In this document: one piece after another, positions 19,594-27,639 of the stretch | Layout: the number at the start of each line of letters is the position of its first letter | How positions within the stretch are numbered: position 1 is the stretch's first letter | Assembly (NCBI GenBank): GCA_963770895.1 | Contig: CAVYRF010000002.1 | Coordinates: 4,608,001-4,672,000, forward strand | Reading direction: 5' to 3' | Source: an uncultured Acidobacteriota bacterium | GTDB lineage: Bacteria > Acidobacteriota > Thermoanaerobaculia > Multivoradales > UBA5704 | Length of the DNA stretch: 64,000 nt | The notes under the pieces: generated by a model | The model's input: the letters and a program-made list of their open reading frames with translations, nothing else | Database searches by the model: none | What the model was told of the DNA's origin: nothing | Made by a program: the position numbers and the translations under genes

Positions 19594-22500
19594 ATGAACC
19601 TTGCTCTCGATCGTACTCCGATGACTTCCCTCGCGCCGAACCATCGGCGCGCATTCTTCCTGCCCTTGCTGATCCATTTGCTCACGGCCGCGACATCCTT
19701 TGCCCAACTCGACCAAACCTGCACGGTAAGCGCCCTGAACCGGACGGCACAGGTGGATGCCAACGGCGTGTGGGTACTCACAAACGTGCCGGCAGGGACT
19801 GGCCAAGTGCGAGTGCGCGCAGCGTGCATGGCAAACGGCACGACCCGGTATGGGCAGTCGGACCTCTTCACGGTGCCGGTGAACGGCGCCATTCTGGTGA
19901 GCGATATTTCCTTCGCGAGCCAGGTACCGATTCCGTCGAGCCTGACGCTCACGGGACCGGGCTCGCCGCTGTCAGGTGCCGGCCAGCAGGCGCAGCTTTC
20001 GGCCATTGCGACCTACCCTGGCGGCACGACGGGTGACCTCACGCCCGGCAGCACGGGCACCGGGTACGTGTCGAGCAACCCGGCGGTGGTGAGCGTGGAT
20101 GCGAATGGAGCGGTGACGGCCATCGCCAGCGGCACGGTGGTGATCAGCGCATTGAACGAGGGTGTGCTTGGCGTGGTGCAGGTACAGGTGGTGCTTTCCG
20201 GCAGCACGGTGGGCGACGGCATCCCGGACGATTGGAAAGTGGCGCACGGACTCGATCCCAACGATCCATACTGCGCGTTGGAAGATCCCGACAACGACGG
20301 ACTGACTAACCTGGAGGAGTACCAGAACGGCACCGATCCGAACAACCCCGACACCGACGGCGACGGTCTGTCGGACGGCGACGAGGTGCACCTCTACCAT
20401 ACGAACCCGCTCCTATGGGACACGGATGGGGACGGGATCTCGGACGGGGTCGAGGTGAGGACGGGCAGCGATCCGCTCAACATCCACAGTTTCAACCTGG
20501 CGGCGGCGCTCTCTTCGATCACGGTCTCTCCGGGCGCGTTCACCTTGGTCTTCAACACGGTGAGCGGCCAGGCGTCGCGGCAGCTCGTGGCGACGGGCAA
20601 CGTCATCGACGGCCGCACCATCGATCTCTTTAATCCGCTCTACCAAACCCAGGTCGCATCGAGCAACCTCGCGGTCGCGAGCTTCGGAGTGCAACCGGGC
20701 CAGGTGTTCGCCGGGCAGAGCGGCACGGCGACGGTTACGGTGAGCAACAGCGGCTGGTCGGCGGCGTCCGCCGTGACGGTGACGACGTTCTCGCCCACGG
20801 CCCTGGCGTTCCTGCCGCTTCCCGGATTTCAGAATGCGGTGGAGGTGGCAGGCGACTTCGTATTCGTGGCCTCCGGTGGCTTCGGGCTTTCGGTCGTGGA
20901 TGTGACGAACCTGCAAGCGCCGGTCTTGATCGCTCAGGCGCCCACTCCGGGCAGTGCGAACGATGTGCGGGTCTCGGGCACCGTGGCGTATGTGGCCGAG
21001 GATGTCGGCCTGCAACTCATGGACGTGAGCGATCCGGCCCACCCGGCGCGGCTCGGCAGCCTGAACCTCCCCGATGGCGACCAGGTGCGCCTGGCGGTAG
21101 CCGGCAACCTGGTCTATCTCGCCGACATGAACTTCGGCCTGCACGTCGTGGATGTGACGAACCCCATGCAGCCGGTCGAGGTCGGCTCGCTCGCGCTCGG
21201 GGGCACGCCGCGGGCGGTCGGTCTCGGCGGCACCGGGCTCGGCGGGTTCGCTCTCAGCGGATCGTATGCGGTGGTCGCCTGCGGCGACGGGGGCGTGGCG
21301 GTGGTGGACGTGAGCGATCCGACGGCGCCGGCCCTCGTGGGCGCTACGCCGGAGGATGCCCCGCGCGCCGGCAGCGTAACGGTGCGCGGCCACTACGCCT
21401 ACGTTGCCGCCGGAGAGGAGGCGGTCTACGGCGGCCTGCACGTCGTGGAGCTTGCCGACCCGACGAACCCCGTCGAGGTGGGGGCGAGTGAGGATGACCT
21501 GGGGGTGACCCGTGCGGCGCTCCAAGACGGGTTTGCCCTGGGCGCGCAGTTCTTCCTGGCCGCGCAGGTGGCGATCTTCGATGTCAGCGCCGTTCCTCCG
21601 GTCTACACGGCGGTGCTCGACCTCTCGACCTTGCCCGGCGGCGAGGTGGTCGTCGCGCCGCGCGCCAATGACATCGCGGTGCGAAACGGCGCGGTCTTCC
21701 TGGCGGCCAACGGCCAGCAGCTGGGTGAGTTTGCGAGCTACGCGATCGAGCAGGGCGGCCTCTACACCGGCCTTTTCGAGCTGCCGAACGACGGCGACAC
21801 GACTCCGCCGACGGTGAGCCTCTCCTCGCCGGCGGCCGGGTCCTCGGTGATGGAGCGGCTGCCCGTGACGGTGACCGTGGCGGCGCAGGATGAGGTCTCG
21901 GTCACTTCGGTCGGCATCCTGGTCGACGGTGCTCTGGTCGAAACCCTATACAAGCCGCCGTACCAGGCGACTATTCACGTGCCGTCCGGTCAGCCGACCA
22001 TGACGCTCGGAGCGGTGGCGACGAACATCAGCGGCGTCCAGGCGACGGCCACGGAGACGCTCACCGTCCAGCCGTACCCCTTGCCGGTCGCCACCCTCCT
22101 CGCGCCCGCGCCCGGCCAGGTTCTGATCGACGGCACGCCGCTCACGATCGCGGTTGCGGCGAGCGACGCCGTGGCGGTCACTCGGGTCGAGGTCTATGTG
22201 AACGGCGCGCTCGTCGGCACGGCCTTGACGCCGCCGTACCTCTTTCAGGTCACGCTGCCGCGCGGCTCGGCGACGCTCGCGGTGACGGCGCTCGCATACA
22301 ACGCGCTGGGGCCGGGCGCGATGTCGGCGCCGGTCGCGGTGACGGTAGAGCCGGACGTGCCGCCCACGGTTGCGATCTTCTCGCCGGCCGACGGCGCGCA
22401 GGTGACCGAGGGAAGCGTGGTCTCGATCGTTGCAGGCGCAAGCGACCTGACCGGAATCGCGAGCGTGCTCTTCGAGCTTGACGGCGTCGAGTTCCAGGGC

Positions 22501-23637
22501 ACCGCCACCGCGCCGTACGTTGCCCAGGTCGTGGCGCCGCCGGCAGGCCAGACCATGGTGCTCGATGTTGTCGCGACCGATACCGTGAACCTGGCGGCGC
22601 AGTCAGCACCGGTCACCATCACGAGCGTGGTCGATCCGGGAACGGCGGTAAGCGGCTATGTGCTCGATCCGACCGGCGCCCCGGTCTCGGGAGCGAGCAT
22701 CGTCGTGGTCGCGGGCGCTTCCTCGGTGAGCGCCACCTCCGGTGCGGACGGGTCCTTCACGGTGGGCGGCCTGCCGACCGGGAGCGGCACCTTCGAGGTG
22801 AGCGCGACGGGCACGGTGGGCGGCTGCCAGGCGGAGGCCGATGCCGAGCTGCCGCCGCCCCCGCCGGGCCAGAGCGAATCGGTCGGCAACCTGACGCTCG
22901 TCCGACCTCCGGCACCGGCGCCCACGACCGTGACCGGCATCGTTGTCGGTGCCGACGGCCAGGGGCTCTCCGGCGTCACGGTGACGGTTTCGAGCGCCGA
23001 CCTGGCGGACACCGCCACCGCCCTAAGCGGTCCCGGCGGCGCCTTCCTGGTGCCGGCCTTCCCGGCGCGGGCCTGGACCCTCCAGGCGGAGGCGACGATC
23101 GTGAGCGGCGGTGTCCTGCTCTCCGCCGCAAGCGGCCTGCATGGCCCGCATGCAGTCGCGGGCGGCGCGACGGACCTTGGCACCCTGACCCTGAGCCCCT
23201 ATCCCTTCACCGGCCCCGATCCCTTGACCACGGTCACCGGCCAGGCCACGAACCTCGACGGCTCCCCGGCCGCCGGCGCCCAGGTGGTGGTCGACACGGG
23301 CAGCGGCCAGCTCCTCGCGACCGCCGCCGCCGACGGAAGCTTCGCGGTTTCCGGAGTGCCCACCCTGCAAGGCTCGCTGAAGATCACCGCCTCGCTCCAC
23401 CTGCCGTGCAACATGCTTCTGGTTGCCGGCCCCATGACGGTGAGCGAGCTTGTGGCCGGCGGCCAGACCGCCGTGAGCCTCCCGCAGCTCGTGCCCGACC
23501 CGGGGCCGCCGCCGCCGATCATCTTCGCTTCGGCGCCGGTCGGAGGGTGGCCCGCGGACGAGGAGCGGTGCGTACCCGCTCCGAGGGCCGCCGACGGATG
23601 GATTGCAACGCTCCTGGCCGCGGAGTTCCTGCGTTGA
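19594..23637 (+). CDS. Large secreted protein: Big_2, Ca-binding DxDxDG repeats, LVIVD repeats, Ig-like and carboxypeptidase-regulatory-like domains
   Basis: Signal peptide; DPDNDGLTNLEE, DTDGDGLSDGDE, DTDGDGISDGVE; GL.VVDV(T/S)(N/D)P..P repeats; DTTPPTVSL Ig domains. Confidence 0.85.
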   Translation: MNLALDRTPMTSLAPNHRRAFFLPLLIHLLTAATSFAQLDQTCTVSALNRTAQVDANGVWVLTNVPAGTGQVRVRAACMANGTTRYGQSDLFTVPVNGAILVSDISFASQVPIPSSLTLTGPGSPLSGAGQQAQLSAIATYPGGTTGDLTPGSTGTGYVSSNPAVVSVDANGAVTAIASGTVVISALNEGVLGVVQVQVVLSGSTVGDGIPDDWKVAHGLDPNDPYCALEDPDNDGLTNLEEYQNGTDPNNPDTDGDGLSDGDEVHLYHTNPLLWDTDGDGISDGVEVRTGSDPLNIHSFNLAAALSSITVSPGAFTLVFNTVSGQASRQLVATGNVIDGRTIDLFNPLYQTQVASSNLAVASFGVQPGQVFAGQSGTATVTVSNSGWSAASAVTVTTFSPTALAFLPLPGFQNAVEVAGDFVFVASGGFGLSVVDVTNLQAPVLIAQAPTPGSANDVRVSGTVAYVAEDVGLQLMDVSDPAHPARLGSLNLPDGDQVRLAVAGNLVYLADMNFGLHVVDVTNPMQPVEVGSLALGGTPRAVGLGGTGLGGFALSGSYAVVACGDGGVAVVDVSDPTAPALVGATPEDAPRAGSVTVRGHYAYVAAGEEAVYGGLHVVELADPTNPVEVGASEDDLGVTRAALQDGFALGAQFFLAAQVAIFDVSAVPPVYTAVLDLSTLPGGEVVVAPRANDIAVRNGAVFLAANGQQLGEFASYAIEQGGLYTGLFELPNDGDTTPPTVSLSSPAAGSSVMERLPVTVTVAAQDEVSVTSVGILVDGALVETLYKPPYQATIHVPSGQPTMTLGAVATNISGVQATATETLTVQPYPLPVATLLAPAPGQVLIDGTPLTIAVAASDAVAVTRVEVYVNGALVGTALTPPYLFQVTLPRGSATLAVTALAYNALGPGAMSAPVAVTVEPDVPPTVAIFSPADGAQVTEGSVVSIVAGASDLTGIASVLFELDGVEFQGTATAPYVAQVVAPPAGQTMVLDVVATDTVNLAAQSAPVTITSVVDPGTAVSGYVLDPTGAPVSGASIVVVAGASSVSATSGADGSFTVGGLPTGSGTFEVSATGTVGGCQAEADAELPPPPPGQSESVGNLTLVRPPAPAPTTVTGIVVGADGQGLSGVTVTVSSADLADTATALSGPGGAFLVPAFPARAWTLQAEATIVSGGVLLSAASGLHGPHAVAGGATDLGTLTLSPYPFTGPDPLTTVTGQATNLDGSPAAGAQVVVDTGSGQLLATAAADGSFAVSGVPTLQGSLKITASLHLPCNMLLVAGPMTVSELVAGGQTAVSLPQLVPDPGPPPPIIFASAPVGGWPADEERCVPAPRAADGWIATLLAAEFLR

Positions 23638-25244
23638 CCGCCGGGGCTGGAGGGCCGCCGAGCCTGCCGGTGGGCATCAGCCGGCGGCGCCTGCTCGAAG
23701 GCGGCGCCGCGCTTACGGGCCTCATCGTGGCACACGGGGCCGGTGCGAGCCCGGTCGATCGGTCTGCCAGAGTCAGGGATTCGGCGCGCGCCGCCGCGGC
23801 ACGGCTCGAGGCGGAGCTGCCAGAGCCCACCCATGCCACAAACGGCGACGAAACCGCGCTGCCAGGCTGGATCGCCTGCTACTCCAAGGCCCTACCCCAC
23901 AATGCGGCAGGCGAGGTGGACCCGGCGGCCTATCGGCTGCTCCTGCGGGCGATCGCAAGCCGCGACCCGGCCGACTTCGAGTCCATCCCGCTCGGCGGCT
24001 TCTTGAAGCTCGCGAACCCCCAGGCCGCCTTGGCCGAGAACCTCATCGGTCCCGATCCGGGCCGCCTCGATCTCGTCCCCCCGCCGCGCTTTGCGAGCGC
24101 CGAGCAGGCATCCGAGGTCATCGAGCTCTATTGGCAGGCGCTCCTGCGCGACGTCGCCTTCGAGGACTACGAAACCCACCCCATGGCCCAGCTGGCGGCG
24201 GCGGACCTGTCGCGCCTGGCCGATTTCAAGGGGCCGCGGGCAGGGGGTGCAGTCACCCCGCGCACGCTCTTCCGCGGCGTCGGTGCAGGTTCGGCGACCG
24301 GCCCCTACCTCTCGCAGTTCCTCTACCGCGACGTCTTCCTGCCCCCGGTGTGGGTGAAGCAACAGGAGCGCACGGCCGCCGCCGGCATCGACTTCATGAC
24401 CCGGCACGACACCTGGCTCGATTGCCAGAACGGCGCCCTGACCGGTGTGAACCGGTTCGATCCGCACCCGCGCTTCGTCCGCAACGGCCGCGATCTCGGC
24501 GAATGGGTGCACCGCGACTTCACCTACCAGGCGGCGCTCGACGCCTGCCTGGTGCTCCTGAAGCTCGGTGCGCCCCCGAGCGGCGCCAACCCCTACAAGC
24601 ACTCGCGCACGCAGACCGGCTTCGCCACCTTCGGCGCGCCCTACCTCTTCTATCTCTTGGCGGTGGTCACGCAGGTGGCGCTCACCGCCTCCTGGTATCA
24701 GAAGTGGTGCGTGCACCGCAGGCTGCGCCCGGAGGAGTTCGCCGGCAGGGTAGAGACGGTTCGTGCCGGCCGCGGCGGCTATCCGATCGCGCGGGCGGTC
24801 TTCGAAAGCGATGCGGTGGCCGAAACGCTCCGGCGGCACGGCGCGGCGCTCCTGCCGCAGGCGTACCCGGAGGGCGCGCCCACGCACCCCTCCTACCCGG
24901 CCGCGCACGCGGTGATCGCCGGCGCCGGCGTCACGGTGCTGAAGGCTCTCTTCGATGATTCGCACGAGTTGCCGAATTCCGTGGTCGCGACCGCCGACGG
25001 CCTCGGCTTGAAGCCCTACGTCGGCCCGCCCCTTACCGTCGGCGGCGAGCTCGACAAGCTCGCCTGGAACGTGGGCATGGGACGCGATTTCGCCGGCATC
25101 CATTGGCGCTCCGACGCGGCGGCCGGGATCGAGTTTGGCGAACGGGCCGCGGTCGCGGTGTTGCGTGAGATGAAGCTCACCGGACACGAAATCTTCGCCG
25201 GCTTCACCCTGCGGCAATTCGACGGCCGGCGCGTGGCGATCTGA
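23634..25244 (+). CDS. Vanadium-dependent haloperoxidase (algal/cyanobacterial bromoperoxidase type) with a Tat signal
   Basis: TTGA overlap with the upstream stop; twin-Arg ISRRRLL; SKALPHN, ELYWQALLRDV; vanadate-site motifs KWCVHRRLRPE, HPSYPAAH, RDFAGIHWRSD. Confidence 0.9.
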   Translation: MTAGAGGPPSLPVGISRRRLLEGGAALTGLIVAHGAGASPVDRSARVRDSARAAAARLEAELPEPTHATNGDETALPGWIACYSKALPHNAAGEVDPAAYRLLLRAIASRDPADFESIPLGGFLKLANPQAALAENLIGPDPGRLDLVPPPRFASAEQASEVIELYWQALLRDVAFEDYETHPMAQLAAADLSRLADFKGPRAGGAVTPRTLFRGVGAGSATGPYLSQFLYRDVFLPPVWVKQQERTAAAGIDFMTRHDTWLDCQNGALTGVNRFDPHPRFVRNGRDLGEWVHRDFTYQAALDACLVLLKLGAPPSGANPYKHSRTQTGFATFGAPYLFYLLAVVTQVALTASWYQKWCVHRRLRPEEFAGRVETVRAGRGGYPIARAVFESDAVAETLRRHGAALLPQAYPEGAPTHPSYPAAHAVIAGAGVTVLKALFDDSHELPNSVVATADGLGLKPYVGPPLTVGGELDKLAWNVGMGRDFAGIHWRSDAAAGIEFGERAAVAVLREMKLTGHEIFAGFTLRQFDGRRVAI

Positions 25245-25311
25245 GAAGGTCCTGGCGCGGCAGCGCGCAAGGGTGTTGGAGGCAGCGGGGGTGGCCGGGC
25301 CTCGATGCGCC

Positions 25312-26706
25312 CTACCGCGGCGAGAACTCCGCCTCCGGTACATGCCAGTAGCGGCGGTAGTGGAGGCGAAACCGCCGAAAGATCCCAGCCACCATAAGGG
25401 TTTCGTCTTGAAGCTCCTCCTGGAACCGGAGCCAGGCATCCAGGAGGTTGCGGTGGGGATTCCAGCTCGCCAGGAGCGGCGTCACTTCGGTGAGGACGCG
25501 CAGGGCGGTCGCCGTCTCTCCCTGCGCCACATGGGCTTCCGCGAGGTCGATCGAGACCAGAAGAAAATCCTGCCGCAAATCCCTGGCCCGAAACTCCTCC
25601 TGCCCCTGGAGGAGGACCGCCACCGCGTCGGCGGCCTCGCCGAGCGCTAGGCTCACGCGGCCCTGGAGCCAGTGGAGCTGCAGTTGGGCCTCCTCGTCCG
25701 GAAACTCGCGGTAGAGAGGACGAACGCGGTCAAGGATCGCGAGCGCCTCCTCCGGCCGGCCGGCGGCGCACAAGAACTCCGCGAGCAGGTGCTGCGCGCA
25801 GAGTTCGAGGCGCGGCGCGCGCACCGGATTCAAGAGCTGCAACGCCGCCTCAAGGTGCGCGATGCCCCGGTCGGGATCGGCGTACCCAATCATTCTCGCC
25901 ATGGTGATGAGCGTCCTGCCTTGGAGATGCGGTTGGTCGGCGGTGCGGTAGAGGGAGAGCGCCTTTTCGAGGACGACCACCGCGATGTCGAGCTCGCCGA
26001 TCGCCGCCGCATAGGAGGCGTCCGCGATGTAGATCCGCGCCTTGTCCAGGGGATCGCCCGCGCCCTCTTCGTTCCACCGCCACGCCTCGGCGATGGCCTG
26101 GCGGGCGCCGTCGAGATCGCCGGCGCGCCGGAGGCAGTCGGCGAGCACGACCCACCCTTCGGCACGCAGATCCCAGGCCGCCGCTTCGCTCCCGGCGTCG
26201 AAAGGGTACAAGAGGCGAGCGGTGTCGAGCGCGAGCCGTGCGATGTCGGCCGCCTCCTCTGGATCGCGGGCGAGGTACCAATGGGCGGCATCGAGGAGCG
26301 CCCGGAAAAGCCCCCAATGGTGCCAGTCCTTCCGCTCGATGATCGTGGGGAGCCGCTCATCGGGCAAGAGCGGGTCCAGGGCCGACCAGTGCGCCCAGCC
26401 ATGCAAGCGCTCCAGGGCCACCCGGCGGGCGGCCTGGCTCGCGAATCGGAATGCAGCCTGGAACGCCTCGGCGTAGTCGCGGTCGATATATGCCTCGGCG
26501 CCGGGCTTGCCGAACCAGTACCCGCTCTCGGCGCTGATCCGTCCGAGGAGGCCGAGGCACTCCGGGCATTGGGTGATGAGGTGGCGCATCACCGCCCGGC
26601 GCTCGGGAGCGGAGACCCGCCCTTCGAGGAAGCGTCTGCACAGTTCCGCCGAGACATGCCACCTTGCGGGAGCATCTCCCTGGCCGGGAGGCACGGTCTC
26701 GCTCAT
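25312..26706 (-). CDS. TPR-like protein with an N-terminal HxxxxCxxC (zf-HC2-like) motif
   Basis: ATG 26706 overlaps the GNAT stop (ATGA); RHLITQCPEC; helical repeats with GAGDPL and LRRAGDLDGA. Confidence 0.8.
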   Translation of the reverse strand: MSETVPPGQGDAPARWHVSAELCRRFLEGRVSAPERRAVMRHLITQCPECLGLLGRISAESGYWFGKPGAEAYIDRDYAEAFQAAFRFASQAARRVALERLHGWAHWSALDPLLPDERLPTIIERKDWHHWGLFRALLDAAHWYLARDPEEAADIARLALDTARLLYPFDAGSEAAAWDLRAEGWVVLADCLRRAGDLDGARQAIAEAWRWNEEGAGDPLDKARIYIADASYAAAIGELDIAVVVLEKALSLYRTADQPHLQGRTLITMARMIGYADPDRGIAHLEAALQLLNPVRAPRLELCAQHLLAEFLCAAGRPEEALAILDRVRPLYREFPDEEAQLQLHWLQGRVSLALGEAADAVAVLLQGQEEFRARDLRQDFLLVSIDLAEAHVAQGETATALRVLTEVTPLLASWNPHRNLLDAWLRFQEELQDETLMVAGIFRRFRLHYRRYWHVPEAEFSPR

Positions 26707-27278
26707 GGGTCGCGTCGGGCGCTGAGGCGTGGTCGCGGGGCTATCTCTCGGAAGTAGGTGTCGCGGTCGAGGCCATAGACGAGCATCTCCCGGCCGGCGT
26801 GATTGATGCCGCCTTCGAGCTGCTCGCCGATCCGCTCGACCACCCGAATCGAGGCGTGATTCGCCGGGTCCACGAGGCTGATGATGTGGTCCTTCCGTAG
26901 CACGTTGAAGGCAAACGCCATCGCCGCCCGCGCGCCCTCGCTCGCATAGCCCTTGCCCCAATGGCATCGCGCGAGATGCCCGCCCAACTCGAAGCCGGGC
27001 CAGGTCTCGGGCTCTGCAAAGCCGATCATGCCCGCGAAGCTGCCGCTTGCCGTCTCCTCCACGACCCACATGCCGGCTCCACCAAGCCACCAGTGCCCAT
27101 GGACGAAGGCCATGTGCCGCCATGCCCGGCCCCGGTCCCAGGTTTCGCCGTTCTGACCGATGAACCGGGTCACTTCCGGGTCGGCATACAGGGCAGCGTA
27201 GTCCTCGTAGTCGCTTCCGCGAAGCCCTCTGAGCCGCAGGCGCGCGGTCGTGAGGGTAGGTATCTCGGGTATGCCCAT
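26703..27278 (-). CDS. GNAT N-acetyltransferase (RimJ/RimL family)
   Basis: LTTARLRLR, ELGGHL...WGKGYASEGA, N.ASIRVVERIG; RBS GGAGG. Confidence 0.92.
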   Translation of the reverse strand: MGIPEIPTLTTARLRLRGLRGSDYEDYAALYADPEVTRFIGQNGETWDRGRAWRHMAFVHGHWWLGGAGMWVVEETASGSFAGMIGFAEPETWPGFELGGHLARCHWGKGYASEGARAAMAFAFNVLRKDHIISLVDPANHASIRVVERIGEQLEGGINHAGREMLVYGLDRDTYFREIAPRPRLSARRDP

Positions 27279-27419
27279 GGGTAAAAACCTCCTTCCAACC
27301 CCTTCATTAAATAAAGCAGCAGCTTGTCCTCAGCCTCCGACAGGCGGAGACTCCGGGCATAGGGACACCCTCCGCGGGCAACGACGCTCGCCGATCACCT
27401 GTCCCTGAAGGGAGAAGCC

Positions 27420-27515
27420 ATGCTTCGGCTGCTCTACCTGCTCATGTCCGTATTCGGCGTTTCCTCCACCCCCCCGGACCCTGACTACGGCGGGGGCTAC
27501 GACCCAAACGGCTAG
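27420..27515 (+). CDS. 31-aa small peptide MLRLLYLLMSVFGVSSTPPDPDYGGGYDPNG (below the ORF-track cutoff)
   Basis: RBS AAGGGAG just upstream; hydrophobic N-terminus, acidic/Gly C-terminus ending DPNG; strong hairpin immediately after the stop. Confidence 0.7.
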   Translation: MLRLLYLLMSVFGVSSTPPDPDYGGGYDPNG

Positions 27516-27524
27516 GGAGAGCCC

Positions 27525-27558
27525 CGGAAGGGGAGGTCTGTCGGCGCCTCCCCTTCCG
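27525..27558 (+). terminator. Hairpin (terminator or RNA stabiliser) after the small peptide
   Basis: cggaaggggagg / cctccccttccg, perfect 12-bp stem with a 10-nt loop; only a short T run follows. Confidence 0.6.
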
Positions 27559-27639
27559 TTCCCCCCAATGTACAGAGGCTCTTATTTTGAGTTACTCTAA
27601 AACCGCTGTTGGCCTAATTTGTTTTGGGAGAGAGGGAAC

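Noticed and set aside
27361-27414. agggaca...tgtccct pairing upstream of the micropeptide as a riboswitch
   Set aside because: Only a 7-bp stem and no recognisable aptamer consensus.
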